Below are positions 38,052 through 52,054 of a DNA stretch of 64,000 nucleotides, in pieces. Below the pieces are notes generated by a model. It did not search any database, was not told where the DNA came from, and saw only the letters and a list, made by a program, of their open reading frames with translations. How positions within the stretch are numbered: the stretch's first letter is position 1; each line of letters starts with the position of its first letter. A program made the position numbers and the translations under genes. The DNA lies in NCBI RefSeq assembly GCF_023055435.1, contig NW_025964112.1, positions 42,780,001-42,844,000 on the forward strand. Direction: 5' to 3'. Source of the DNA: Haliotis rufescens (lineage: Eukaryota).

Positions 38052-40481
38052 CCTTCAGTTGGATTATAAGTATCGTGTTAATTGTAAGACCCCATGAAAC
38101 ACATTAGACCTTTGCAGATCGAATATTTATAGCTTCCAGACCAGTGTCAGTGCTCTGTTCACTGTGAAATGTGAAGAAGTTCACTTGTCATTTAGCATAA
38201 CCCTATAGTTGATATATACAACCCAAGTCACAGCTTCCAGGCAGGGTTCCATACCGTTTCCGTGATTGTGGCGGCCCCCTGCCGTGAAAGCCATGGTTCC
38301 TTCCGAGTCCCAGTAGGATAATCCGCGATGTGTGACTCGCTCAACACTAATTAACACAAACCACAGCATAAGCTGCAGGCATACAAGACAATCACGTTGT
38401 GATAGCAATACAAGAAATGCTGTGAAGAATTCTAATAATTGTTGAAATCGCGTTTCATATGTCATTATCGCTGAAAAACATTGTCCGCATAGGGAGTTTA
38501 CGAGTCCTGTGGCATTTAACATGGGATCCACTATGCCAATGGTGAGTTGTAGACACGATATTACAGTGGGTTCTTTTCCCCCATTGAACATAAATATAAC
38601 TGCCGAATGAGCGTATTTCTCGCATCTCTTGGGACCGTACGCTAGCCTCTTAATGGATTTAATAGTATATGCAGTGAAGGGAGTTATACCGTACTGTTAT
38701 TTTGTGATATTTTTTAGAGCTCCCGCGAATAAGAGTGATACATTTTATTAAATTATTAACTTCACTGTTTCCGGCAAGGATTATTCGTTTCAGATTCGGC
38801 CGCTGTCAAAATGTGATTATGTAATACATAAGCCTCGATATTGGGAAACAAGGTCCTTCTTGGGGTATACTGGGTAACACCGTTGCATATTTGCTTCTGA
38901 TATATTCTGCCAGTTTGATCGCATTGATATATAACCAAACTAAATTGATAGAAAAACCTCAACATAAAGTGCCGGGCAAAGGAAAGTATACACCTATGTT
39001 TGGTGATGATTAAAAATGAAACAAACAAGAAATGGTTTTTCGATGGTGATGTGTTTGATACGGCTATCATAGTTATGTTTTGGACCTTAAGTTTGTAGTG
39101 TTTCGGTGACATTTTCAGCCTGCTAACGTTTTGATAACATTTTTAATTTTTTGGTCTGATCCAATTTTAAAGTGTATACTTTCGTTTGCCTGCAGAATAC
39201 ATGTCACAAATCACTAATCACCTTTATAAATGTCCCTACCTCATTTATATCGCGTTACCACGGCACTCTCGCCTATAACTAGCTTTGTTTTAATACATAT
39301 TTAGTGTTGTGTCCCGGTGACCTTGTATGTCGTTATCGTCAATGTCCCGGTGACATTGCCACGGATTATCACAGCACACTACCATTGCCCTACATGAACA
39401 TCGGAAAACGCAGAAGGCTATAGCCACACTTTCTATTAACATTTCAAATAGCGACTTGATCGAAATTGGTTTGATCAGGGTAACAACATTCAAGGCCTTA
39501 CTGAAGCTGTCAAAAGGTTTTGTGGAAACATGTGAAGGCCATTTACACATTTGACGCATCAGTGACAAACATGATACATAAGATCGATTTCACATGCATG
39601 TCCATGTAACATGCATATACTTAGCATTCATGTTCATGCATACACCCATGCATTAAATTAGACTGTAAGAATCGACATGTACGTACAACGCAGCATTCAT
39701 ATAAGCGCAAAATAGCAAATATTTACATGCATGTACCCTACCCTACGTGCATTTGATAGGAGCCCAACGTATGCACATAAATATTATACACATGCACATT
39801 AATATAATCCCATTGTGAATCCACGGGTATGATTCATAGTTATCGCTTGTATACATCTATGCGTTTGACCTTAGCCTACATGTGTGCACAATGAGAGTAC
39901 AAATCACACAGAGCCGTTATATGACAAGACGGAGGCAACAAGGTATGCGGTACAAGGGGGTAGATAAAGGTTCAGATCACGTGGGTAGATGGGTAGGTGT
40001 ACAGGGTCACTCGTTGTAGGTAACACCCCAGACTGGGACAGAAGACAGACACCATGTCATCCTTACAGTCAGCCACAGAGGTTAGTTCATTGTAGCATAG
40101 ACATACTCTACGCAACCTTGTGCTACTGTCATGTAGATGCGGTTTTACACATTAATGTTTGATGGTAGTTTACGAACTAGTGCATACTAATCACATATCT
40201 GCCAGCAGGCTTGTTACCGCCCACGATTTACCGGTTCGCAGATAAGATTTTGAGGTGGACAATACAAGCTTACAGAATCCAAAAATAATTTCTAATTGAC
40301 ATACTTTCTCACCTTCTCAAAGGGGCAGGAAATATTTCGCGAACACCTGGTGTCATGGCTGAGTTTCAATCAGCCATTTAACCTCTATCTTGCTTTTTTC
40401 GGCAGACTGATTAATTTCTGAGGTTGACGTTTTATGTTAACATACATACTCGACATGGCATAATGTTTGGTCGAGTGTGTA

Positions 40482-40581
40482 CAGTAAACTACGGTTATAA
40501 CGAACTCAAAGGGACCGCTAATTTTAGTTCGTAGTAACCGTAGTTCGTTATAAGCGTGTTCGTTATAAACGTAGTTTACCG
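40482..40581. mobile_element. pogo/Tigger-like MITE; a second, longer copy inverted at 61113-61274
   Basis: TA|CAGTAAACTACGGTTATAACGAAC...GTTCGTTATAAACGTAGTTTACCG|TA. Confidence 0.8.
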
Positions 40582-43355
40582 TATATGGAATATCAGTATG
40601 TCCACCACATTGTACCACTGTAACAATAGTTGATTGTCTGTATACTTAGACTTCCTGAATCAGCAATAATACATCACGTGTTACAAGTTCAATGTAGGCA
40701 ACTAAATAACTTCTGAACTGTTTTGAAAGGTTTTTAATAGAAGTAGAATAACATATGGATAAGAACTTCTTTAAATAATGCTGTAATAGCGACGTTTCGG
40801 TTTAATCTTGCTTGACAACCGTATAAGGATCTACACCGAGCTGCCGCTGTTACAGTGTCCTGAGTATAATAAAGAAATTGGTATCAATAAATGTTTCATC
40901 TATTTTACATAACTTCTTCAAAGGAGTTCAAATAGAAGAAACATTATGTTCATCATGTCTTGTAATGAATGTGTCTAACATGTACATGGATTTCATGCTG
41001 CGTCTAATTTGACACCTTTCTCTGTGACCATCACGTTGTCTGTCGTCATTTCGCTGATGTAAATTTCTTTGTGTATGCAGAAGTACTTCACAGGCTATGT
41101 CATCAACACAAACAGATTTAAACAGCGAAGTAAAACACTACAGCACAATGTGACATAGATCAAAACAAGGAAAAAATGTTCCTTTACATTTTTATTGCAT
41201 GCAGATCATTTTCACAATTACATGAAAAGCCTATGACAGAACTTGTAACATGTGTCAGTATTGTTGGTCATAGCAGCTGCACATTTTGTTACATTATGAT
41301 ATTCTGACAGTTTAAGTTGACTATTTTGGAAAGTTGGCAGTCTTTGCTGATTATTTTCGTTAATGAGGTTTTTTTTAACAAATATAACTATAATGGGCAT
41401 TATTTCTTTTCGGGAAACCAAGAGGTATATTCTTCTTGTTAAGAACGATTTTCAATTTTGTTTTCACAAGAAACCAACTTTCCTAGTATGTCCAAAGTGG
41501 GCGAATCTTTCTACTTTCTTAAAACATATCTGGTATAGTTTCTTATTCTAATTTTCAAAAGTCACATGTTTCATTATTGACATAACCCATTTATTTTAAC
41601 AAATTGTTAGTAGGTAGCATGATGTGTAACATTTCATATTGAAACCACTGTAGTGAAGTGTACCCTGTACATCTAAATGGGATCCTGTTGTATTTTTTCC
41701 ATGTATCGTTGGGGAAATGTGTCGTCATTCGTGTTCCCATTTTCCAATATGTTGATTTTTGCGGCAGTGTTTCTCAATTAATGTTGTATACAATTAAATG
41801 GCAATTTTCTAACCTTTCCGAAATTCAAAGAGATTTATGATGTCAATACCAATTTTCTCGAATTTGTAGGACTAATATGTTCTGTATAAACATATTTACA
41901 ATGTGCGTCGAAACTTAAGGTTGACAGAAGATTGAACTCTCCCCCTCTTACACCTTATCTATTTCATCTCAGGGTAGGTTTGTTTGTTTGTCTGTTCCTT
42001 AACACCACGCTTAATTTTCCAGCTATATAATGGCGGTCTGTAAATATTCGACTCTGGACCCGACAATGAAATTAAAAAAATGAAATAAATCTCAAACATG
42101 AGTGCATGTGAAAGACAATCAAACAGCTATAACAAAACAATATTCTAAAGTACTTTCAAATTTATTGAAAAGCTAAACCAAGTTTACCGTCTTACTTTAA
42201 GTGTTGCATGTCTAAGTAGCATACATATTCCAATGTGTGCTCAAGCGGTATCTTTACCTGTGTCCTACATTCATCTTTCACTAGTACATCTAAACATGAC
42301 CTGAGGTAGACAATTGTTTGTCCTATCACTATCAATACGCTCGCGATAACCAGCTGTTTTCATTGCTACGAGTAATACACTAAGCTTGTTTGACTGGCCA
42401 TATTGACTTAAGTTGTTATACCTACACAACACAAGCCATACTCTTAGTCGGATGTGTTTGAAAGACAGGGCGTTGTGAAGTTTACTGCGGTATATCGACA
42501 TATGCGTCCCCTGCTTGGCCTATAGTATATGCCTGATTGTTGTTCACTCTGGAAACTGCCAGAAAACAGTGTCAGTTATGTGAAACAGGGGTTATCGATT
42601 AGTATGTAAATATAGTGTTTCTTTGGTGTTGTTTATGTGACTCCCAATGGTAAACACACAGAGTACAGTTGTCACAATGGCTATTGTCTTGCCTTGTAGA
42701 ACTATAACCTATAAATGTAAATTAAAGCAAATAACAAATGAGGATATGAGAAATTATACAGAAGTTTTATCTGTTATATTCGCTACAGTAAACAAGTAAA
42801 ATGTAGAATCGTTATTTCTTTTATTTCAACAAGAACTTACCTTACATAACCAAATTTACATAACTGACCGCGAATTCACATAAGGGACGTTGCCACTGTT
42901 TTGCCTCGATTCCAATACAGATTCGCCTTGATTAGGTTACAGCAATGAAATCCTCAGCAAAGCTTTAAGAAGTTTTATAGCAGGGCATATATTTTTGTGG
43001 AGGATATTTCCAAATTGGATGCATCAGTGACAAAAATCATGTCCGGTGCATTTGCCTACATTGACTTGTATGTTCCCGTGTCTTTTTAGGTGTACAGTTG
43101 ACTTGCCTTTGCATGTATTTGTGACTTTGGCACCGCTTACTTTTCGCTTTTTATGATCAAGGAATCGTTTTTTTTGTCGCTTTTACTCAGATAATTTGAT
43201 ATGTAATGCCCATACTAACGATGACGGGTTTTGCCAAAGGGGTATACATCTACGTCTTCTTATGCCCCGAAAACAAAACTCCACCATGGTCCACCATGAC
43301 AACATATTATATCAGGCGACATGAACCCTATTTGTATCTCTGAACTAATCGTGAA

Positions 43356-43519
43356 TGAGTGAGTGAGAATAGTTTCACGCCGCTTTTAGCAATCATACAG
43401 CGATATCATGGCGGGGGACACCAGTAATGGGCTTCACACATTGTACCCATGTCGGGAATCGAACCCAGGTAACCGGCGTGACAAGCGAACGCTGTAACCA
43501 CTTGGCTAGGCGACCTCCC
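43356..43519 (-). mobile_element. Family A SINE
   Basis: Reverse complement; TSD CTGAACTAATC(G/A)TG. Older copies lie at about 3884-4033, 10327-10432, 17690-17840 and 26316-26417. Confidence 0.88.
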
Positions 43520-44166
43520 CTGAACTAATCATGTAACTCACGCCCTAGTAGTGGGGAGGATTTATGAACTCCGTGAAATGAATTATCTAAGGCGCCGACA
43601 TTTTATGCAGAATTGAGCCCATTGATTGCCTGGATCCGCTGATCCCATATTCTTCGTAGTATTATGATCCTTGGTTTATCACCACCATTCGTACTTGTGA
43701 CTTTCACCAAGGTGGCAAGCGTATCCCACATACATCAATTTGGGCTTTCCCAGGACGAAAAGCTGACGCGTCGTTACATAACGGAAATAATGTTCAAAGC
43801 AGCGTCAAACTCACCCAGTCACCGCCTAGACGGGTAGGGTTGGTGGCGGTTGCTTCCGGTAAGGCAGGGCGGGCTTACGCTTTCCGAGAACACCTGGGCC
43901 TACTTGCACAAAGCAATCTTATGTGCGAAGACTATTGGTAGATACAATGGTCTGAGTGACGTTAACTATTAACTCACTCACTGCAATGGTCTTGGCGCTA
44001 AGATCTCTTTGTGTGAGGGAACCATGGTGTCATCACTGTTTTCAGTGATCCATTCATATACTTTTATCACCACATTCCCCTTTACGTCCTATGGACTCTG
44101 CTTCAGTAGATATTAGAGACTGGTAATCCTCTGGTTGATGTTTGGAATTTCTATGTGTTCCTCTAG

Positions 44167-44610
<444 letters not shown>

Positions 44611-45298
44611 TGATGTTGTAAATGTTTGCTTCGTTAATTTAAATCAGGATTGGTAAACAATCATATATATTTGGCTCGGGTAAAACAGGTTACATATGCT
44701 GAATTAATATTAACATGTTAATGTTAAATTATTATTTTATAAACTGAGGGGCCAAAAAAAACCCCTGTGAGTTGATTTTATCATGTTTGATTTTCAGTTG
44801 AAAATATCTTCATATAGCGATGTTATATAAAAAAGGAACTGTACTGACGCTTGGTCAGCACTCATAAAATACTTCTAAATGGTTTTATTTTCAAAGATTT
44901 GATTTTAGAATTTTATCGCATAATACGCCACTGCTAATGGGTATTTTAGATGTCCTTAACTTTGAAAATCAATAAATGTGCTATTTTCGACACAAATTTA
45001 CAAAATTTTAAACGTGTTTTGGGGGCATGTGGTTGCAAATTCATTTCTTACCCCATTTCTTCATTGAACCAATCTATCTTTGCAAAAAAATGTTGCACAG
45101 CCACAGATTGTTTTGACAAATTGTTAAAGGAATGAGTGATGGTTAAGTTGACAATCAAATTTAAGAACTAATTTACATATTCTTTCAATTTTCAATTACA
45201 TAGAAAAAAACGGTTTCCTTTCAGTTGCCCCTCTGTTTCAAAACACTCTAAGTTTATCTACTGATAGTCATGCCGTGTTCCTTGTTGTGTGCCCATAG

Positions 45299-45481
45299 GG
45301 ATCGCCAAACGGCTGGACTACCTGACGGAACTGGGGGTCGGGACCATCTCCTTGTCTCCCATCTTCAAAAAGCCGACAGACGCGTCAACCGACTTTGACG
45401 TCACAGACCACAAAAACATTTATGATAAATATGGGACACTAAGCGACTTCGAGAGTCTTCTGAACGAGACACATGCCAGAG
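45299..45481 (+). CDS. SLC3A1: SLC3 exon 2 (GIAKRLDYLTELGVGTISLSPIF...YGTLSDFESLLNETHARG)
   Basis: AG/GT bounded, phase 1-1, GH13 beta2-alpha2 motifs. Confidence 0.92.
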
Positions 45482-45626
45482 GTATGCACATTTACTTAGC
45501 CACCTGATTTTGACAAAAGGTTATTTATTCCAGATTTAAGACCATCCTTTGAAACGCGTGTAAACCTGATTCCATTTTTGTGCAAAAATACTGAATGACT
45601 CTGAATGAATACTGAAGACAACATGG

Positions 45627-45834
45627 GACTATGCTTGTCGTAGGAGGCGACTAACGGGATCGGGTGGTCAGGCTCGCTGGCTTGGTTGATGCATGTCATC
45701 GTATCCCAGTTGCTTGGATCGATGCTCATGATGTCAATCACTGGATTGTCAGGTCCAGACTCGATTATTTACAAACCGCCGTCATATAGCTGGAATATTG
45801 CTGAGTGCGGCGTTAAACAACAAACAAAACAAAC
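45627..45834 (+). mobile_element. Family C, 5'-truncated (also 46532-46731; fragments at about 10910-11012, 21316-21362, 41978-42066)
   Basis: Body and (AAAC)n tail match the full copies. Confidence 0.85.
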
Positions 45835-45916
45835 ATACTATTATACTGTCGTGCTAAGATGGGTGGTAAGAATGTGCTTGTTAGTATAGCCTTTCATCTG
45901 TAACCTCTGACCTCAG

Positions 45917-46047
45917 GCATGCAGCTGACCCTGGACTTCATCCCCAACCTGACCAGCGACCAGCACCCCTGGTTCAAGGAGAGCAGGAACGCCTCCAGCC
46001 CCAAACGCAACTTCTACGTATGGGAGGCGACGGCGCCCAACAACTGG
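45917..46047 (+). CDS. SLC3A1: SLC3 exon 3 (MQLTLDFIPNLTSDQHPWFKESR...NFYVW...PNNW)
   Basis: cctcag| ... |gtgagc; GH13 region I and start of domain B; absent from the ORF track. Confidence 0.92.
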
Positions 46048-46096
46048 GTGAGCTCAACGGCGGCTCGGAAATATAATCCCACATTATAGAATTCTT

Positions 46097-46129
<33 letters not shown>

Positions 46130-46304
46130 ATTATTAGGATAAGAGGACAATCTGCTAGACTCGAAATGTCAAATTTTTTAATTACATGTATTGTTAATTG
46201 TTCTTTAAACCGTTATCTTCACTGACGAGGTCAAGTTGAGAAATGTGCGGTTTTAACGTTCGCACAATACGCCGAAGTCTCACACTCGATGCCTCTTAGG
46301 AATA

Positions 46305-46403
46305 TACTACTCAAAAGAAGTTAAGGACCACCCGATTCTTTCATATTACTGGCACTATAGTAATATGAAAGAATCGGGCGGTCTTAACTCTTTCTGAGTA
46401 GTA
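46305..46403. mobile_element. 99-bp hairpin MITE, Tc1/mariner-type ends
   Basis: TA|TACTACTCAAAAGAAGTTAAGG...GTCTTAACTCTTTCTGAGTAGTA|TA; the two arms meet across a short loop. Confidence 0.8.
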
Positions 46404-46822
46404 TATTCTAGTTAAGGTCCATTCATGGTGTCCCAGGTGTCTGTTGCTACTGTAAAGAGGGGAATATCTCACACACTATTTTGAACATGTGTCTTAATTT
46501 TGCGAACGCCTTTGATTTCATTTCTTACTTAATCCATGCTTGTCGTAAGAAGCGACTAACGGGATCGGGTTGCCAGGCTCGCTGACTTGGTTGATGCATG
46601 TCATCGTATCCCATTAGCTTAGATTGGTGCTAATGATGTCAGTCACTGGATTGTCTGGTCCAGCCTCTATCTTTTTACAGACCGCCGTCATATAGCTGGA
46701 ATATTTTTGAGTGTGGCGTTAAACCACAAACATAATTTCTTATGCAATGATTTGTGCATGGATATTCATGAATTCTTTTGATGTGTGTGGTATTCTGAGT
46801 TTATGTTTTGTGATTGGTGCAG

Positions 46823-46948
46823 AAATCTGTATATGGTAATTCGTCCTGGACAAACGATTCAACTCGAGGCGAGTACTATCTTCACCAGCTACGTAAAGAT
46901 CAACCTGACCTCAACCTTAGAAGCTCAGAGGTCAAGGTGGAACTTCAG
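46823..46948 (+). CDS. SLC3A1: SLC3 exon 4 (KSVYGNSSWTNDSTRGEYYLHQLRKDQPDLNLRSSEVKVELQ)
   Basis: tgcag| ... |gtcagt, 126 nt, phase 0-0; QPDLN motif. Confidence 0.92.
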
Positions 46949-47053
46949 GTCAGTAACTATTGCCTTCTAAGGTCGAATTGTTAAAGTATCCAAAAATAAA
47001 CGTGAGCAAAGGATAACTTGTCCATGATACATTTCTCGGTTATCATTAAAAGA

Positions 47054-47303
47054 GACCACCTCCGTGGTCTTCTGGTGGAGCGTCCGCCCGGAGAGCGGAC
47101 GGTCCGGTTTTCGATCCCCGGCCGCGTCATACCAAAAGACGTTAAAAGATGGTACTTGTTGTTACCCTGTCTGGCGCTCGGCATTCATGTTAAACTGCGG
47201 CATGGTATCTCAGTGAGCTAGCACTATAAATCGGCATCAGTCCACTAGTGCAAGCAGCCACATACACACACACGTGCATGCACGTGGCTATATTTCACCT
47301 CAC
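47054..47303 (+). mobile_element. Family B SINE, internally deleted
   Basis: Same head, core and tail. Confidence 0.85.
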
Positions 47304-47413
47304 CATAAAAAGAAAACACACCCTGCTCGAGACCAATAAAATCATCCTGGTAGGGGAATCAGCCGATGTCACCAGTGTGCGCAAGACATTGTCTCATTTT
47401 ACGTCCGCTTCAG

Positions 47414-47539
47414 GCAATCCTGCAATTCTGGCTCGAGAAGGGAGTGGATGGGTTCTACATCCGAGACAGTGGCTATTTGTACGAGGACTATGACTTGCGG
47501 GATGAAGCACCTTCCTCCGCCAACCTCACACAGGACTCG
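47414..47539 (+). CDS. SLC3A1: SLC3 exon 5 (AILQFWLEKGVDGFYIRDSGYLYEDYDLRDEAP...)
   Basis: cttcag| ... |gtaagt, 126 nt; GH13 region II. Confidence 0.92.
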
Positions 47540-48308
47540 GTAAGTCTGAAACCATGTGTGAGAATGGAGTTGTCTCCCTTTATGGAATACATACTCGAAG
47601 AGTCACTTAGGAGCGTAGTGTTTCAAACATGAACATGTACATGTACCAACAAGCATCAATAGGTCTGAGTATGTTTATAATGTGATAAATAGCAAGCGAA
47701 CAAGTTGTTTATGCCTATGTCACACTAACTGGATAATTTTATGAAACTGGAAAAATGGACAGCGACTATTAAAGACTATGAAAAGTGCAAAATTGAAGGT
47801 GATGGAAAAGGTCACCCAAAACACACGCCTGAACGCAACCAGTACTTTAGCCGAAGCACGTGCAATAAATGACAAGTAACAGTCAATGTGGGTATAAAAT
47901 GGCTCATTCCAGATGTACCCAAAAGTATGATTCACTACTGAATGCCATTAAAACGGTAGTAGACATGGTTAAATATCCTTACTATAGTATGATACGCTAT
48001 TTAATGTCATTACAAAAGTAGGAGACACAGTTTCTTAATAAAGTTCAGATTCACGTACTCAATCCAAAGCAGTACGAGAATCTGTACTTTATTAGGAAAG
48101 TGTTATCCCAAATATAACTTTTTTTACATTTCACCACTTTCTAAATGGCATTGCGTGTTCATGTATTCTCTGAAGTTGAAAAAACAGACAGTTTTTTAAA
48201 TACTTTTATCTCTTGTTATCTGCGTGACCCCTAAATTATGACACTGAGTATATGCACACTGATTTGATATATGAAAGGGGTTGAAATTTGATATTCGGTA
48301 TACATATG

Positions 48309-48358
<50 letters not shown>

Positions 48359-48681
48359 TAGGAGTGTGCGTACGTTGGAGTATGAGGGTGTCGAAGTGGG
48401 CAGAAAGATGGGGCTGGGATGGTGATTAAAAAGCTACTCTCAATTATGCTTGAAAATATAAATTGTTCTCAGGCTAAACAAACAATAATAAATTTTGTTT
48501 AACTATTTTCTTAGGCAACAATTTTGTACCATACGTGTTATTTGCCAATCAGCACATACAAGTCGTGCTACTGTATTTGTGCTTCAACATATGTCGAAAC
48601 CTTTTATTATTATTCTTCACCAATCGCCCTTTTCCGTAAACTTGACACGAGTGTTCACGAGTGCATGTGTTCTCTGCACAG

Positions 48682-48797
48682 AACGACTATGACTACTACA
48701 ATCACACCTACACATACGGCCTGCGTGAAATCAACGACATGCTCGCCAGGTGGCGCTACTTCTTGGAAGACTTTGGGAACAAGACCAACAAATACAG
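48682..48797 (+). CDS. SLC3A1: SLC3 exon 6 (NDYDYYNHTYTYGLREINDMLARWRYFLEDFGNKTNKYR)
   Basis: ctgcacag| ... ag|gtaaat, phase 0-2. Confidence 0.9.
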
Positions 48798-49197
48798 GTA
48801 AATTTCACTTGTTCGTCCCACTCCAAGATTACCCTGGACAAACAGTTAAAACTGTTTCCATTTTCGTCTGTCTTAAAATTGAAGTGTACACCTAATATCT
48901 CTTAGTCACAGAATAATATGTCTTCAAAAATGGCCGTCTTGTTGTACGAACTATAGGGGGTGGGATATGGCGTTACGCGGTTTACAGTGAATTCACAATA
49001 ATATCTCTACGCTGCCCGAGGTTTATTGTAGGTAGCGGAATAAACCGAGTGGACCTTATCACTATGTCTTACATTTCAACACACAGCCATATCTCGTGAA
49101 CTCAAACTCCGAGATACTCAGTCGAGTTATCCGAAGCTCGAGACAAGCGGAGCTCCGATATAAGGTTATCATAGTACCGAAGAATCTGTCGGGACAA

Positions 49198-49470
49198 GAC
49201 CGCCTCCGTGGTGAGCGGATGGTCGGTGACAGATCCCTGGCCACGTCATACCAAAAGACGTTAAAACATGTTGTTGTTACTCTGTCTGGTGCTCGACATT
49301 AGGAGGCAAGCCCTGGTCGGCTGGGAGTCAGTATACTGTGTCTGAGTGGGGTGTCTGTGTTAAACTGCGGCATGGTATCTAAATGTGCTAGCACTATAAA
49401 ACCGACATAAGGTTGTGCACGCAGGTCTTTGTATGAGTACAATAAGCTTATATTTAACGTTAACCCCTTC
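49198..49470 (+). mobile_element. Family B SINE, diverged
   Basis: gaccgcctccgtgg head and core similarity. Confidence 0.8.
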
Positions 49471-49680
49471 CTGTCGGGTCAATATGGTTACATACTCTTA
49501 ATCGAAGTAAATAGATCATGGAGTTCAATGCAATTATTTTTCACTGTTCCGAACGCAAAGTGACGAAAAGTGTTATTCATACATCATCAATATCGAATCT
49601 ATCACTAACAATGAAGTCACAAGGAACAAAGGTTCTCTATCATCACCACCCTAACCATGCATTCTGTTATGTTTTCCCAG

Positions 49681-49876
49681 AATGCTGTTCGCGGATATTG
49701 AGGGCGGAACTGATTTGACGATGAGTTACTATGGTTACTTCAACCGTGACGGTGTAAATTTCCCCCTGAACCGGTTCTGCCTCGAGCTGAAAACGGGCGA
49801 TGATGGAAACGTCGTGTCTGGAGTGGCCAGGCGCTGGCTGGACAATCTTCCGCCCGGACGCTGGGCCAACTGGATG
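49681..49876 (+). CDS. SLC3A1: SLC3 exon 7 (MLFADIEGG...YYG...FPLN...WLDNLPPGRWANWM)
   Basis: ttttcccag| ... |gttagt, phase 2-0, 196 nt. Confidence 0.92.
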
Positions 49877-50285
49877 GTTAGTACCGTATTTTTTGTGTGA
49901 CGTTATCAAGACGCTACCTTTGACGGTGGTCGTCATGATGTAACGAGGGGCGTCCATGTTGCATGGCAACCATCATCAATACACCTCCCTCCAAACATAT
50001 TTGACAATAAAACATCACTTATTTCAATGTCGAAACTTTTTAACGAATACACTTTGTTAGAGCAACGTTAAGTTGTATCAAACGTTAAAACCGTAGGCCT
50101 TTTCATTCACGTATCTCAGGTACATGAAAAATACCGAAAACGACCTACACACGAGACTCGCTGAAAACCTACAATGATGATACCAGGAACGGGTGAGCGT
50201 GAAGGTCGAGGTCACCACGACTAGAATGATGATCACGAGATTCGTGTAACCCCTATACAATTTAGTGTACGTTATTATTTACTAG

Positions 50286-50615
50286 GCCGCCTCCGTGGTC
50301 TTGTGGTAGAGCGTCCGCCCGGAGAGCGGAAGGTCCGGGGTTCGATCCCCGGCCGCGTCATACCAAAATACGTTAAAAGATGGTACTTGTTGTTACCCTG
50401 TCTGGCGCTCGGCATAAAGGGGCTAAAACAAGGACTGGTCGGCTCGGAGTCAGTATACTGTGTCTGAGTGGGGTATTCATGTTAAACTGCGGCATGGTAT
50501 CTCAGTGAGCTAGCACTATAAATCGGCATCAAGCAAGCAGCCACGCAAACACGTGCATGCACGTGGCTATATAAGTGCAATAATCTTGGACGCGATGTTA
50601 AACCTCACCTCACCT
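50286..50615 (+). mobile_element. Family B SINE, full length
   Basis: Near-identical to the 52310-52662 copy. Confidence 0.9.
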
Positions 50616-50679
50616 ATTAGTTACAAGATATTGGCGCATGATAGGTTATCGTGACATTACAACATTTCATTTGTTTCAG

Positions 50680-50976
50680 GGTGGCGATGAAAATGTGAAT
50701 CGTATCGCAGGCCGACTTGGCGGGAACATGACGCGAGCATTTCTCGTGCTGTCAATGCTGTTGCCAGGGACGCCATTTTATTACTATGGCGACGAGATCG
50801 GTATGGTGAATTCAAATGAAGCGCCCGACAATGCGTGGGGTCAGAAGCAGCGAATGAGAGCTCCAATGAGGTGGGACAATTCTACATACGGGGGCTTCTT
50901 GAACGAATCTCAATGCAAAGAACCGTGCAAGCCGTGGATGAAGGTCAATGACTTCACGGGACAGAATGCAGTCGAG
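50680..50976 (+). CDS. SLC3A1: SLC3 exon 8 (GGDENVNRIAGRLG...LLPGTPFYYYGDEIGM...RAPMRWD...PW...VE)
   Basis: tttcag| ... |gtgagt, 297 nt; LPGTP-YYGDEIGM motif. Confidence 0.92.
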
Positions 50977-52054
50977 GTGAGTCCGGAGTGAGGGAAGGAG
51001 TATGGTTTAAGGTTTAAGAGTATTTCAGCTCTATCACGGCTTCAATTTCATTAAGATTAGATCTTTGGCTCCGACCCCTCCGTGTGAAGTTGTAAAACGA
51101 ATATAACCGATGAGTTCCGAATGGAAAATAATAACTTGTCCTGTTGTGGGTACAAATTATACATATTGACGTTTCTGAGCGTGGAAACATCTAGGTACTA
51201 TCAAGGGAATATTTGGGTTTTGTTTTTGTTTCTTTTGCTAAGATCGAAATAAAAGACATGATATGGAATCATTTTAGAAAGCTGTCTTCTGATTGGCTCA
51301 AAAGCCAACGCATCCTTTATTTAAATTTGGTGGTCAAAGTGACGCGAGGTCTCCTCAGATCTCGACACAGGGAGGTATCGGATCGTAGTAAGAGATCTGA
51401 TTTTAATGAGATTATGTCCGCTTGATGTTAAGAAAGCATTAAGTGATGCAGGTTTTGAACGTTTACCATTTTGGTGAATACACAAACACGGGTATGGTGC
51501 TGACAAACCTAGAACAATCAGGGCGAATCAGTATTTCCATGATCACAGGTTAATGACACACCCAAGGGACGCAACTCCGCAAAGCGGATTGTTTAGCCTT
51601 AGAGGACTGGACAACTCGTGCCCCCAGTTGAGTCACGAGTACGTGATGGGTATACCTGACTAATACTAATAAACAAGGAAAACTAATAAAATAATGGTTA
51701 TAATTTTTTTTACAGCTATATATATACTATCGAAAAAAAGAAACGCATAGGTGTTATTGATATGTCAAAACGAAAATATTGCCTATTGTATTCATATTAT
51801 CGTCAAAATATGTATCAATATTGGTAAGAGCATCAATTGACACACTTCCGTTTGCAACAAATCGATTTTGCTTGAAAATGTTGACTTTGATGTGATTTTT
51901 TGAGAATGAGTAAGAAATGCATCGCCACAACGCAACAAGTGGCATCTTGCACGTTGAAATTGGGCAGAAAAAGCATGCAGTGATTGGCAATAAAAAGCAT
52001 GCTTGCTTTCGGAAATAGGCATTCGTTCAGAAGGTGTTTCCAAGCCAAATGTAC

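Noticed and set aside
46215-46250. Hammerhead-like CTGACGA...GAAA (similar partial motifs at about 40790-40850, 51107-51128 and 60181-60216)
   Set aside because: Stem II or stems I/III are incomplete and no cleavage triplet could be placed; at most decayed Penelope-type remnants.
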